A stretch of 64,000 nt of DNA from assembly GCA_051251915.1 (NCBI GenBank), contig JBPOGF010000018.1:39093-103092 (forward strand), read 5' to 3'. The translations under genes were made by a program, and so were the position numbers. This document shows positions 47,795-58,199 of the stretch, piece after piece; position 1 is the stretch's first letter; each line of letters begins with the position of its first letter. The DNA is from Akkermansiaceae bacterium (GTDB lineage Bacteria; Verrucomicrobiota; Verrucomicrobiia; Verrucomicrobiales; Akkermansiaceae). The notes under the pieces are model-generated. The model saw only the letters and a program-made list of their open reading frames with translations, was not told the DNA's origin and did not search any database.

Positions 47795-48496
47795 ATGGCT
47801 AGTATCTCGACCAATGCTCTTGAATCCGGGGAGGTTGTTGATGTAAAACAATCACTAATAAAATCATTATCTCCTATGGATGAAAGAGCCCAACCCAAAC
47901 AAGGTGCCCGTGTGGACCCTGATCTTCATTTAGTGCAGCTGGCACAAAATGGGGATACGAAGGCGTTTGATGAATTAGTGATGAAGTATAGCCAGAAGCT
48001 GTATGGACTGATTTATCACATGACATCGAATAAGGATGATACTCATGATTTGTTGCAGGATGTTTTTGCAAAGGCGTATCGCTCAGTGAGTAAATTCCGG
48101 GGGAATTCAATGTTCTATACTTGGATCTATTCTATCGCTACGAATATGACCTTGAATTTTCTTAAGAAGAGGAAGCGCCGTGCGGCTTCTAGCCTTGATG
48201 ATATTGATACAGGAATTCAAAATGATCCGGCATTTGTCGATGCTAGCCATCGGTCAAACCCTCGCAGACAGATCAATATCAACGAACTTCAAAAAAAATT
48301 GAACAAAGCGATGATGACGTTGTCAGAAGATCATAGAGCAGTGGTTACCATGTTTGATATTCAAGGAATGGCGCATGCAGAAATAGCGAGCATACTAGGA
48401 ATATCTGAGGGAACAGTTCGTTCTAGATTATTTTATGCTCATCAACAACTCAGAGGATATTTAGAAGAATTTCAAGGTAGTGAAAGACACAGCTAA
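47795..48496 (+). CDS. ECF sigma factor (RpoE-like)
   Basis: LVQLAQNGD..AF..LV, DLLQDVF..AY, FYTWIYSIA, EIA..LG..GTVRSRLFYA; likely ATG 47795 (ORF track starts 47753). Confidence 0.92.
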   Translation: MASISTNALESGEVVDVKQSLIKSLSPMDERAQPKQGARVDPDLHLVQLAQNGDTKAFDELVMKYSQKLYGLIYHMTSNKDDTHDLLQDVFAKAYRSVSKFRGNSMFYTWIYSIATNMTLNFLKKRKRRAASSLDDIDTGIQNDPAFVDASHRSNPRRQININELQKKLNKAMMTLSEDHRAVVTMFDIQGMAHAEIASILGISEGTVRSRLFYAHQQLRGYLEEFQGSERHS

Positions 48497-48520
48497 TAGA
48501 AATAAATTTCATCAATTGCC

Positions 48521-48994
48521 ATGACTGGCAATAATAACCAACCAAAAATCATGACAGATAAAGAACTACAAGATCTCATTAGTCTCAAGAAGTATGAGCA
48601 ACCAGAAGAAGGTTACTTTGATGATTTTCTCGTTGAATTTCAGCAGCGTCAACGCTCTGAAATACTAAATACGTCAGCACGAGGACTGCTCCTAGAGCGG
48701 GTTAAGGCGTGGTTTGGTGAATTTGGTGCTATGCGCTGGGTAATGGGTGCTGGTGCCGCGTATGCAGCAGTTGCATTGGTTCTTAATGTAATTCCAAACC
48801 AGGAGGCTGGAGGTAATGTAGTAGCTTCGGTTGATGCAATCGTTGAAGAGACAGATGCTGTTCGGCTTATTCCTGCTGATAGAAAGAATGCCGAGGATTC
48901 ATCTGAGATGACTCCTGTAAGCATGGTATTCACTGATCCTGTAGATTTTTCTGGTCCTACACCTGCATTTTCTGCGGAAGAGAGAATTTTCTAA
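48521..48994 (+). CDS. Putative single-pass anti-sigma factor
   Basis: Directly after ECF sigma; cytoplasmic N-domain (LKKYEQP..YFDDF), one TM, short periplasmic tail. Confidence 0.6.
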   Translation: MTGNNNQPKIMTDKELQDLISLKKYEQPEEGYFDDFLVEFQQRQRSEILNTSARGLLLERVKAWFGEFGAMRWVMGAGAAYAAVALVLNVIPNQEAGGNVVASVDAIVEETDAVRLIPADRKNAEDSSEMTPVSMVFTDPVDFSGPTPAFSAEERIF

Positions 48995-49089
48995 ATTAGG
49001 GTGTTAAACCAAGGGATCAAATCTCAGGGAGGACTGGCTTTTTCTGCTTTGTGCTTGAACCAATAAGTAATTCATCTTAAGATATAATC

Positions 49090-49977
49090 ATGTTAAAAAC
49101 TTGGTTTTCCGTAACTCTTCTATCTCTGCTTGGGGCACTTTGTGCATTTAGCCAATCTAAGACACTGAGTTTTGCTTCGGTGAGTGAGGGTGGAAATTCT
49201 TACGAGGCGGAAGGCTCGTTGATGGATGAGAATGGAACACTTGTTACCATTGCACTAGTTGGTGCGGATCCTAAGAAAGCGACAGTGAAAAATGCTAAGG
49301 GTGAAGATGTTCCGCTCAAGCTAGTTATTCATGATCCAGTTAGCCGTATCACATTGTTAGAGTTACCAAAATCTGAGCGTGATGGCGTAGGGGTGGTAAA
49401 TATGATTGGTGATAGTACTGTGCTTGAGCCTGGTGATGCGGTGATAACAGATGTTACTAAGCGGGATGAAGTGAGCAGGGTAGTCAGCCATGTGAAACGT
49501 CATAATGGGAAAATCTTACCTCTAACTTTTGTTAGAATCAATCATCCGATAGGTCAACAGAAGGCCGGTACTCCAGTATTGAATTCTAAGGATGAGCTCG
49601 TTGCTTTTGTTTTCCAGAAAGACCACAGCGATAAAACTATGTTTGCACTTCCAATCGAAGTTCTCACTAATGTGAAGCGATTTGTTAAGGCTGGGGTAGG
49701 GACATTTAAGCCCTGTTGGATAGGGGTGAGCATGGATCATCTGAGTGATGCTCCAGTTATTATTGGTGTGCGACCTGACACTCCGGCTAGAAAAGGTGGG
49801 CTGCTGAAAGATGATGTAGTGCTTGCTATCGATGGGAGAAAAGTGGCAGATTACCCAGCTGTGGTGAATGCTTTTTATTATCTTCAAGCAGGTAGGCCGA
49901 CTGAATTTAAAATCCTCCGCGGAACTCAACTAATGAATCTAGATGTGGTTCCTGAAGTTAATCCGCTCTATAAATAA
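49090..49977 (+). CDS. HtrA/DegS-like protein with PDZ domain, apparently lacking the catalytic triad
   Basis: Signal peptide; trypsin-like fold remnants (LVT, DP.SRITLL, AGTPVLN.K.ELV); PDZ WIGV..TPA..GL...DVVLAIDG. Confidence 0.7.
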   Translation: MLKTWFSVTLLSLLGALCAFSQSKTLSFASVSEGGNSYEAEGSLMDENGTLVTIALVGADPKKATVKNAKGEDVPLKLVIHDPVSRITLLELPKSERDGVGVVNMIGDSTVLEPGDAVITDVTKRDEVSRVVSHVKRHNGKILPLTFVRINHPIGQQKAGTPVLNSKDELVAFVFQKDHSDKTMFALPIEVLTNVKRFVKAGVGTFKPCWIGVSMDHLSDAPVIIGVRPDTPARKGGLLKDDVVLAIDGRKVADYPAVVNAFYYLQAGRPTEFKILRGTQLMNLDVVPEVNPLYK

Positions 49978-49980
49978 TCA

Positions 49981-50856
49981 TTGATTAAAAAAAACATGAA
50001 AGTAGGCATCATTGCAAATCCATATAAGGATGGAGTGAGTTCTGCTCTATTGAAGTTGTTAGAAATTCTCAAATCTCATGAGCTTGAATCTTATGTAGAA
50101 GATGAGACTATTTCAGCGCTTCAGCTTACTAATAGAGAAATACCTGAATTGCCCGCTACTGGACTAGCTAAGGTGTGTGATGTGGTGATAGTGCTGGGAG
50201 GAGATGGTACGATGTTAGATGCTGCGCATCGCCTAGGGCCTACCGATGTAGCTGTGGCGGGGGTGAATTTAGGCCATTTAGGCTTTCTTACTAGTTGTAA
50301 GGATACGGAAATGGAGTTGCTTGTGCACTCGCTTGCGACAGGGACACATCACGTGGTTCCTAGAATGCTGCTTAAGGCGACGATTAAACCTACGGATGGT
50401 TCTTCTACTGAGTACTTTGCGGTCAATGAAATCACTCTCACTCGTGGTCAGACTGGTAGAATAGTGGCGATGGATGCTTTTATCGATGGGGATTTGTTAA
50501 ACCATTATCGGGCAGATGGATTAATCGTGGCGACACCTACGGGTTCTACTGCTTACTCGCTTGCGGCGGGGGGGCCGTTACTTTCACCTAGGACTGAGAA
50601 TATTGTTATCACGCCGATTTGTCCTCATAGTTTGAGTAATCGATCTTTGGTTTTGACTGATCGATCTGTGGTGGAGTTAAAATCAGTGGATGATTCTGAG
50701 GCTCCTACGTTATTTAGTGTGGATGGTAGGTGTTTGGTGGAAGTGCACCATGGTGGGAGTATCATTGTGGAGAAGGCTGATCATCATTTAAATATTATTC
50801 GGTTGGAAGGTAGATCTTTCTTTTCAACTCTGAGGCAGAAACTTCATTGGGGGTAA
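49981..50856 (+). CDS. nadK: NAD kinase
   Basis: LGGDGTML, GHLGFL, VNE, DGLIVATPTGSTAYSLAAGGP; possible start ATG 49996. Confidence 0.95.
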   Translation: MIKKNMKVGIIANPYKDGVSSALLKLLEILKSHELESYVEDETISALQLTNREIPELPATGLAKVCDVVIVLGGDGTMLDAAHRLGPTDVAVAGVNLGHLGFLTSCKDTEMELLVHSLATGTHHVVPRMLLKATIKPTDGSSTEYFAVNEITLTRGQTGRIVAMDAFIDGDLLNHYRADGLIVATPTGSTAYSLAAGGPLLSPRTENIVITPICPHSLSNRSLVLTDRSVVELKSVDDSEAPTLFSVDGRCLVEVHHGGSIIVEKADHHLNIIRLEGRSFFSTLRQKLHWG

Positions 50857-50929
50857 GAACTCGGCTGTGGGTATAAATTAAGCTTAATTTTACCATGTTC
50901 AGTTTTTATAAGTTCTATAATATGAGTTT

Positions 50930-51247
50930 ATGAATAAATTTGATAAAATCTGTGCTGTTCTCAGCATTCCAATTGGAGCTGTATTTATGCTTCTAGGTGT
51001 TGTAGGATTGTTTACTGGCTCTAGAGCAAATTTTGATTTGCCTCCTGTGATTGGATTTCTTCCATTTTTTCTAGGTTGGGCGATGTGTGTGACTGTGATT
51101 AAGTTTTGGAAGAAGGATGGAGCTGAACTTCCGCCTAATATTACTAGTGCTAAATTTCATGAATTTTTGTCTAGGCATCCAGAGTTTAGGTCTGCGCCAA
51201 TGAAGATGCAGTGGGGTGCATTTCATAAGTGGTTAGATCAAAATTAA
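50930..51247 (+). CDS. Hypothetical membrane protein (2 TM segments)
   Basis: Two hydrophobic segments; AT-rich; TATAAT upstream. Confidence 0.6.
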   Translation: MNKFDKICAVLSIPIGAVFMLLGVVGLFTGSRANFDLPPVIGFLPFFLGWAMCVTVIKFWKKDGAELPPNITSAKFHEFLSRHPEFRSAPMKMQWGAFHKWLDQN

Positions 51248-51265
51248 AAAAAACTATTTCTAGAG

Positions 51266-51895
51266 ATGCCTGATATGTCCTTTGAAAATGCAGCGATTAA
51301 GCGTGGTGATGCTGCTAGTTTTGCTAATGTTGTAGGTATTGATGAAGCTGGGCGCGGGCCGCTGGCTGGGCCTGTGTCTGCTGCTGCGGTGATATTGCCT
51401 AAGGGGTATAAGCATGAGTTGTTAGATGATTCCAAGAAGCTGAGTGAGAAGAAGCGGGAGTTGATTTATGAAGATCTGATAGCGGATAAGCGGATATTGT
51501 GGGCGCATAGTTTTGCGGAGCCGGAGGAGATAGACAGGATTAATATTTTAAAGGCAACTCATGCGGCGATGGCGAGGGCTGCGGGACAGCTGGATGTGGA
51601 TCCAATCTATTGTTTGATCGATGGTTTGGCGGTGCCTAATTTTCCTTATCATTCGGAGGGGATTGTGAAGGGTGATGGGAAAAGTCTGAGTATTGCTGCG
51701 GCTAGTATTATCGCTAAGGTGACGCGAGATCGGAAAATGCTGGAGTATGCGGAGAAATTCCCAGAGTATGGGTTTGAAAGACACAAAGGATATGGGACAA
51801 AGTTCCATCTCGAAGCCCTCCGACTACATGGCCCTACTAAGATACATCGTCAATCGTTTGCACCCGTTGCTCAACTCAGCTTGCCGCTTGAGTGA
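51266..51895 (+). CDS. rnhB: Ribonuclease HII
   Basis: GIDEAGRGPLAGPV, DSKKL, KGDGKS..IAAASIIAKV.RD, HKGYGT. Confidence 0.97.
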   Translation: MPDMSFENAAIKRGDAASFANVVGIDEAGRGPLAGPVSAAAVILPKGYKHELLDDSKKLSEKKRELIYEDLIADKRILWAHSFAEPEEIDRINILKATHAAMARAAGQLDVDPIYCLIDGLAVPNFPYHSEGIVKGDGKSLSIAAASIIAKVTRDRKMLEYAEKFPEYGFERHKGYGTKFHLEALRLHGPTKIHRQSFAPVAQLSLPLE

Positions 51896-52268
51896 GGCTA
51901 ATGGTGAGAAGGTGGGGCATATAAAGATAGGTGAGATGGGGGAGAAGATGGCGCGGCTCAGGTTGTATGCTGATGGAAGGAAAATATTGTATACGAACTT
52001 CCGTGGGCCGAATGGTGGTGAGGTGGATATTATTGCTCGGGATGGGAATACGCTTAGTTTTGTGGAGGTGAAGACAAGGCGTAAACGTAGTACTAGTCGT
52101 CCGCTTGATGCGGTGAATTATAAAAAGCAGCAGCTTATTAGGCGTGGAGCTAGGGCTTGGTTGAATCTGCTGGAGGATGATGATATTTTATGGAGATTTG
52201 ATGTGGTGGAGGTGGAGTTGACTGAGGGTGAGAAACCTGAGATCACGGTTATTGAGGGTGCATTTTAA
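51888..52268 (+). CDS. yraN: YraN family (UPF0102) predicted endonuclease
   Basis: GEVDII, FVEVKTR, AV..KK, RFDVV; likely TTG start overlapping the rnhB end (ORF track starts 51747). Confidence 0.88.
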   Translation: MSEANGEKVGHIKIGEMGEKMARLRLYADGRKILYTNFRGPNGGEVDIIARDGNTLSFVEVKTRRKRSTSRPLDAVNYKKQQLIRRGARAWLNLLEDDDILWRFDVVEVELTEGEKPEITVIEGAF

Positions 52269-52322
52269 GCTGGCGACAACGCTGGCTTGCTCTCTGTTGG
52301 GGGATGAGTTAAGTTGTGACCA

Positions 52323-53663
52323 ATGACAGATTTTGAGGAGCATAGTGGGATGAGGGAGATTGCAGTTGGGGTGGCTAAGAAGCTGCGTGATGCTGGGTAT
52401 GTGGCGTATTTTGCTGGGGGATGTGTTAGGGATGCTTTATTGGGTAAGGTGGCGAAGGATTTTGATATTGCTACGAGTGCTACGCCGGAGCAGGTGCAGG
52501 GGGTTTTTCCGAAGGCGGATGCTATAGGTGCGCATTTTGGGGTGATGCTGGTGAAGGTGAGTGGGATTCATTTTGAGGTGGCTACATTTAGGACGGATGG
52601 GAGTTACGAGGATGGGCGTAGGCCGGAGAGTGTGGAGTATTCGTGTCCTGAGGAGGATGCTCAGAGGCGAGATTTTACGGTGAATGGGTTGTTTGAAGAT
52701 CCGGTGAGTGGTGAGGTGATTGATTTTGTGAATGGGAAGTCTGATTTGACTGCTGGTGTGCTACGGGCGATAGGGAGTCCTGAGGCTAGGTTTCAGGAGG
52801 ATGCTTTGCGGTTGATGCGGGCAGTTAGATTTGCGACGACTTTGGGTTTTGAAATAGAGCCTGTGACTTGGGCTGCGATTTGTGAGAATGCGGGACTGTT
52901 AGAGAAAATTTCTATTGAGAGGATTCAGGCGGAATTTTCTAGGATCATTGTTTCTGGGAATAGGAGGCGAGGGTTGGAATTGTTGGTGGATAGTGGTTTG
53001 ATTCAGTATTTTTTGCCTGAGGTTTTAGATTTAATTGGCTGTGAGCAGCCGCCGCAGTGGCATCCTGAGGGTGATGTTTATACTCATACTTGTATCATGT
53101 TAGAAATGATTGGTGATGATGAGGTGGAGCTTTCGTTGGCTTTGTCTGTGTTACTGCATGATATAGGGAAGCCGGCGACTTATAGTTATGATGAGGTTGA
53201 TGAGAGGATTAGGTTCAATGGTCATGAGAGTGTGGGGGCGGATATGAGTGAGGTGATCTTGCGGAGGATGAAGTATTCTAATGATACGATTGAGGACGTG
53301 CGGGTGATGGTGGCAAACCATATGAAGTTTATGCATGTGAAGGATATGCGTGTTTCTAAGCTGAAGAGATTTATGTCTCGCGATACTTTTGAGCACGAGA
53401 TGGAGCTACACCGTGTGGACTGTGCCAGTAGTAATGGGATCACTGAGAACTATGATTTTGTGAAGGAGAAGCGGGAAGAGTTCGCTAATCAGCCACTGAT
53501 TCCCGAGCCGCTTGTTAAGGGGAGAGATTTGATGGAGTTGGGGATGAAGCCTGGGCCTGAGTTTAAGAGGATACTAACGGCTGTGCAGAATGAGCAACTG
53601 GAGGGGGGGCTGAGTGAGAGCGCGGCGGCTATCGCGTGGGTTAAGGAGAAGTATGGAGTCTGA
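52323..53663 (+). CDS. CCA tRNA nucleotidyltransferase / poly(A) polymerase family with HD domain
   Basis: GGCVRDALLG..KDFDIAT, RRDFTVN, EDALRLMRA.RF, HPEGDV..H, LHDIGKP. Confidence 0.9.
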   Translation: MTDFEEHSGMREIAVGVAKKLRDAGYVAYFAGGCVRDALLGKVAKDFDIATSATPEQVQGVFPKADAIGAHFGVMLVKVSGIHFEVATFRTDGSYEDGRRPESVEYSCPEEDAQRRDFTVNGLFEDPVSGEVIDFVNGKSDLTAGVLRAIGSPEARFQEDALRLMRAVRFATTLGFEIEPVTWAAICENAGLLEKISIERIQAEFSRIIVSGNRRRGLELLVDSGLIQYFLPEVLDLIGCEQPPQWHPEGDVYTHTCIMLEMIGDDEVELSLALSVLLHDIGKPATYSYDEVDERIRFNGHESVGADMSEVILRRMKYSNDTIEDVRVMVANHMKFMHVKDMRVSKLKRFMSRDTFEHEMELHRVDCASSNGITENYDFVKEKREEFANQPLIPEPLVKGRDLMELGMKPGPEFKRILTAVQNEQLEGGLSESAAAIAWVKEKYGV

Positions 53664-54195
53664 TCCTTATAGGACCCCAATTGCGGAGTCGTTGTTAGAG
53701 GTGGAGAATCTGCGTCCTGAGGGATTGCGTGAGCGGTTTCGTAATGAGGAAATGACTGTGCTCGCGGTGGGGTGGTTTTATTATTTTTTTGGCAGTCTAT
53801 TGGCTACCATTGGAGGTGCGTTACTGGCTGGGTTTTTCCTTTGGGATAAGCCTTTGATGGGAGTGCTTGGGTCTGTTGGTCTTCTTATTGGGCCGGTGTA
53901 TATTATTACGGGTTTCGGACTGAGAAGGTTTGATGTCTGGGCGCGATTGCCGTCAATAGTTGCCGCTTTTGTAGCGATTGTGATACCGCCTGTGGGGCTT
54001 TTAGCGGGTGCGGTTTGTCTTTATCTACTGTGCCGGAACGCGGTGAAGGAGATGTTCACGCTGCAGTATCAGACAGCGGTGATGACGGAGGGGGAGATCA
54101 TCGGCCACTACGGTTGGCTTGGTGTGGTGGGAGGTGTGCTGAGTGGGGCTACGATTAGCCTGTTCACGGTCTTACTTGCTGAGGGCCTTCTCTAG
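53653..54195 (+). CDS. Hypothetical membrane protein
   Basis: About 4 TM segments; AAGGAG SD before ATG 53653 (ORF track starts 53614). Confidence 0.65.
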   Translation: MESDPYRTPIAESLLEVENLRPEGLRERFRNEEMTVLAVGWFYYFFGSLLATIGGALLAGFFLWDKPLMGVLGSVGLLIGPVYIITGFGLRRFDVWARLPSIVAAFVAIVIPPVGLLAGAVCLYLLCRNAVKEMFTLQYQTAVMTEGEIIGHYGWLGVVGGVLSGATISLFTVLLAEGLL

Positions 54196-55626
54196 TGGAG
54201 TGAGGTCAAAGGTGGGACCTTCTTTAGGGATTGTTTCAGTGGTGTATTTCTTATCCTTGTGGAAGACATCCTTGGTGGTGACGTAGAAAAACATGCTGAG
54301 TAGGAGGAGGACGAAGCCGGTCTGAACGTATTCTAGAACTCTGGTGTTGATGGGCTTTTTGAAGATCATTTCTCCGAGTGCCATGGTGATGTGGCCGCCG
54401 TCGAGAACTGGGAATGGTAGGAGGTTGAAGATGGCTAGGTTGATGTTGAAGATGACCCAGAAGTAGAAGATGTAATTGATAGGGTAGTCGCTGTCGAGCA
54501 GCTGGTACTGGACTTTGCCGATGCCTACTGGGCCGGAGAGCTGGTCGAGGCCGATGCTGGATGAGCTAGAGGTAAGTTTTGAGATGGTGGTGAACATCAT
54601 CATGCCGCTTTCCTTGAGTTGCGTTCCTGGTGTAGGGTAGACGAGTACTGGTGGGTCGTAAGTGAAGCCGACGCCGAGCATAGGGAGGAGTTCCGCGTCA
54701 TCGTGACGTTTCCAGCCGTTGCTCGGGGCTAGTGCCATGGTTTTGATTTCCACTGGCTTCTCATTTCGTAGGACGGTGAGGATGAAGAGTTTTTCGGATT
54801 GGGCTTTGATTAGTTCGCTGAATTGAGCGTAGCTATAGATTTCTTCGCCGTTTACCGCATCGATGATATCGCCTTCTTTCATACCGCTGAGAGATGCGGG
54901 AGTGTCTTTTTTGATGGGGCCGAGTTTGAGGATGTCGCGGTATCCGATTCCTACTTGTCTGGTGCCTCGACGCTGGGTGAGGGTGCCGCCTTCTGCTTCA
55001 AATTTACTGGTGAGGGTGATTTCTTCACCGTCGCGATCGACGAGGAAGTTGATTTCGTCTCCTTCACTGAAGATGATGAGCTCTCTGACTGAATCTAGGT
55101 TTCCTTGGAATCCGTTTACGGGGGTATCTTGGATTTTGAGAATTTTATCACCGAGTTTAAATCCTGCTTCAGCGGCGGGCATGTCTGGAGCGATGTAGCC
55201 GACTTCATTGGTTTTGATGACCTTGTCTGGAACTCCGATGATCCAGATGATGCAGGCGGCAAAGACGGCGAGGAGGAATGAGAAGAGAGGGCCGGCGAAG
55301 GCGACGATGATTTTGTCGATGGGTTTGATTGGGGGGAGAGGTTCTTTACGCTCGCCGTTGTCTCCTTCGATGGATTCCATGGGTGCCATCTGTGGAAGGG
55401 CTACGAATCCACCGGCGGGGATTGAGCCTAGACCGTATTGGACGCCATTGATAGTTTTTTTCCAGATTGGCTTACCGAACCAGATTTGGAATCTGTCTAC
55501 GTGGAGTCCTCTCCAGCGGGCGGCGAGGAAGTGGCCGAGCTCGTGGACGAAGATGATGATATTGAAGCTGAGTAGCACGAGCAAGATGAGCCCGATGACT
55601 TTAAGAATGTTTAAGAGAGAATCCAT
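54172..55626 (-). CDS. rseP: RIP metalloprotease RseP (M50) with PDZ domains
   Basis: HELGH, IPAGGFV, AGP, two PDZ-like units, SGPVGI, NLLPFPVLDGG. Confidence 0.93.
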   Translation of the reverse strand: MDSLLNILKVIGLILLVLLSFNIIIFVHELGHFLAARWRGLHVDRFQIWFGKPIWKKTINGVQYGLGSIPAGGFVALPQMAPMESIEGDNGERKEPLPPIKPIDKIIVAFAGPLFSFLLAVFAACIIWIIGVPDKVIKTNEVGYIAPDMPAAEAGFKLGDKILKIQDTPVNGFQGNLDSVRELIIFSEGDEINFLVDRDGEEITLTSKFEAEGGTLTQRRGTRQVGIGYRDILKLGPIKKDTPASLSGMKEGDIIDAVNGEEIYSYAQFSELIKAQSEKLFILTVLRNEKPVEIKTMALAPSNGWKRHDDAELLPMLGVGFTYDPPVLVYPTPGTQLKESGMMMFTTISKLTSSSSSIGLDQLSGPVGIGKVQYQLLDSDYPINYIFYFWVIFNINLAIFNLLPFPVLDGGHITMALGEMIFKKPINTRVLEYVQTGFVLLLLSMFFYVTTKDVFHKDKKYTTETIPKEGPTFDLTPLEKALSK

Positions 55627-55829
55627 GAAATGTTGACTGAATGATGTCCGAGAAACCTACGCTTTCATGATTGTAACACAAGCTATAAAATTTATCGATT
55701 CTTTTGGGTTACTCGTATTTGTGGTGGCTAGGGAATGCGATTGACGTTTTGTTGATATATTCCTTTAATGGGGGCTGTATAATACCGTTATAATCATACT
55801 TTCTCTCTAGAAATGCACACCCTAATCAA

Positions 55830-58199
55830 ATGATCAAAAAATACATCACTTTAACACTGGTTCTTGTCAGTGCACTGAATCTCCATGCGGCTCCTAAAGG
55901 TGGGACGATGACAAAACCTGATTTTACGAAAGGGGATAAGATTCCTAATGGTGCGGTGGCTGACTGGAACCTAGGGGCGACTGGTGCGATGGGGTGGATG
56001 TATAGCGATAGCATGGTGACTAGTGATGCTAGACAGATTAAAATTACGAAAATTCATAAGGGATCGCCCGCGGATAAAGGATTAGAGGTAGGGGATGTGA
56101 TTTTAGGTGTTGGAGGAAAGTTATTTTCTAAGGACCCTAGGACGGAAATGGGACTTGCGCTTGGAGCGGCTGAGGCTGGTGATGGAGTGCTGGATCTTAT
56201 TTGCTGGAAAAAAGGAAAGCAGGAATCTGTTCAACTGAAGCTTCCAGTTCTTGGTGCTTATTCTGCGACTGCTCCGTATGATTGTGTTAAGTCTAAAAAG
56301 ATTTTTGAGCTTGGTTGTGAGGCATTGGCAGAGCGCATAAAGAAGGGTGAGCGACGGATGCATCCGATTACTCGATCCGTCAATGCGCTGGCTCTGCTGG
56401 CGAGTGGCGAGAAGAAATATTTATCGCTTGTAAAGAAGGAGGCTAAGTGGGCTGCAGGCTTGAAGGATGGTGGTCTCAAGTCTTGGTCTTATGGTTACTG
56501 CATGATTTTTCTGTCTGAGTATGTTTTGGCGACAGGGGATAAAAGTGTGCTTCCTGGTTTGAAGCGATTAGCTCTTGAAGCTTCTAATGGTCAGAGTGCG
56601 GCGGGTTCATGGGGGCATAAGTTTGTGGATCAAGATGGAATGTTGCAAGGCTATGGGATGATGAATTCTCCTGGTGTTCCGCTTACTATTGGCTTGGTAT
56701 TGGCACGTGAGGCAGGGGTGGATGATGCGGTGGTTTCTAAAGCGATTGAGAAAAGTTCTAAGTTGATTCGTTTTTATTCAGGTAAGGGAGCCCTTCCGTA
56801 TGGTGACCATAATCCTTGGACGGCGACGCATGATGATAATGGTAAGTGTGGTATGGCTGCGGTGTTGTTTCATATGATGGGGGAGAAAGAGCCGACTGAG
56901 TTTTTTGCTAAGATGAGTTTGGCGTCACATGGATCTGAGCGTGATGGCGGGCATACTGGGAATTTCTTCAATGTCCTGTGGGCGATGCCTGGAGTGGCTC
57001 AGGCTGGGCCGAATGCTACTGGTGCGTGGATGAAAGAATTTGGAGCTTGGTATTATGATTTGGCGCGTGAGTGGGATGGGAATTTCCATCATCAGGGGCC
57101 GCCGTCAATGCGTCAGGATAAATATAAGGGGTGGGACTGCACGGGAGTTTATTTATTAGCTTATGCGATGCCTCTGAAGAAAATCTATATTACTGGGAAG
57201 AAGCCTAGAGTGGTGGATGAGATGGGTGTGGAAGAGGCTCAGAGTGTGGTGGCTGATGGACGTGGCTGGACGAGTAAGTATAAGAATAAATATTATAATA
57301 GTCTCAGTAAAATTGAGCTTCTCAAGCGCTTGGGTAGTTGGTCTCCGATTGTGCGCGAGCGTGCTGTGGAGGCATTTAATAAGAATAAGGTGGATGATGA
57401 GATTACTCATTTATTGATCAAGTTGTTGAACTCTAGCAATCCATCGATGCGTCTGGGGGCGTGTCAGATGCTAGGTAAGGTTAGGTCTCAGTCTGCGGTG
57501 GAGTCGTTGCGCGGTTGTCTGAAGTCTGATGATTTGTGGTTGAGAATGATGGCGGCCGAAGCTCTGTCTAAGACTGGTGGGTCGGCTATGTCAGCTCTGC
57601 CTGAGTTACTTGAGGTGATAGCGCGAGGGCCAACTAAGGAAGATCCGCGTGGGATGGAGCAGCGTTATTTGAACTTTTCTATCTTTGGTAAGATGCTGAA
57701 GAATAATCTTGATGGTGTGGATAAGGAATTGCTTAACAAGGCGATCATTGCAGGTTTGAAGAATGAGGATGGAAATTCTCGTGGGACTGTTGCTACTATC
57801 TACAATAAGTTGACTTACGAGGAAATTAAGCCGTTGTTGCCTGCTATTTATGAAGCGACTGCAAAACCTGCTCCGAGTGGTGTGATGTTTCTTGCGAAGG
57901 TTCGTATGTCAGGGTTGGAGTTGCTGGCTAAGCATCGAATCGAAGAGGGGATTCCTCTTTGCTTTAAGGTGATGGCTATGGACAAATGGGGTAAGGGAAG
58001 CCGAATTTCTCGTTGTTTGAATGCTATTGGGCAATATGGTGCGGCGGCTAAACCGCTGCTTCCGGAGCTCCGTGAGCTAGAAAAACATTTGTTGTCCCAA
58101 AATGGCGCTAAGCTAAGTAAAGGTCAGTTGGTTCTGTTGAAGAAGGTGATGGATAAGATTGATTCAGGTGTTGCTCCGAAACTGAGATCGATGAACTAG
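55830..58199 (+). CDS. DUF6288-like secreted protein (PDZ, alpha/alpha barrel, HEAT repeats)
   Basis: Signal peptide; WNLGATG..GW, PDZ GSPA...GDVILGV, YGDH.PW, GHTGNFF, HEAT-like C-terminus. Confidence 0.65.
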   Translation: MIKKYITLTLVLVSALNLHAAPKGGTMTKPDFTKGDKIPNGAVADWNLGATGAMGWMYSDSMVTSDARQIKITKIHKGSPADKGLEVGDVILGVGGKLFSKDPRTEMGLALGAAEAGDGVLDLICWKKGKQESVQLKLPVLGAYSATAPYDCVKSKKIFELGCEALAERIKKGERRMHPITRSVNALALLASGEKKYLSLVKKEAKWAAGLKDGGLKSWSYGYCMIFLSEYVLATGDKSVLPGLKRLALEASNGQSAAGSWGHKFVDQDGMLQGYGMMNSPGVPLTIGLVLAREAGVDDAVVSKAIEKSSKLIRFYSGKGALPYGDHNPWTATHDDNGKCGMAAVLFHMMGEKEPTEFFAKMSLASHGSERDGGHTGNFFNVLWAMPGVAQAGPNATGAWMKEFGAWYYDLAREWDGNFHHQGPPSMRQDKYKGWDCTGVYLLAYAMPLKKIYITGKKPRVVDEMGVEEAQSVVADGRGWTSKYKNKYYNSLSKIELLKRLGSWSPIVRERAVEAFNKNKVDDEITHLLIKLLNSSNPSMRLGACQMLGKVRSQSAVESLRGCLKSDDLWLRMMAAEALSKTGGSAMSALPELLEVIARGPTKEDPRGMEQRYLNFSIFGKMLKNNLDGVDKELLNKAIIAGLKNEDGNSRGTVATIYNKLTYEEIKPLLPAIYEATAKPAPSGVMFLAKVRMSGLELLAKHRIEEGIPLCFKVMAMDKWGKGSRISRCLNAIGQYGAAAKPLLPELRELEKHLLSQNGAKLSKGQLVLLKKVMDKIDSGVAPKLRSMN

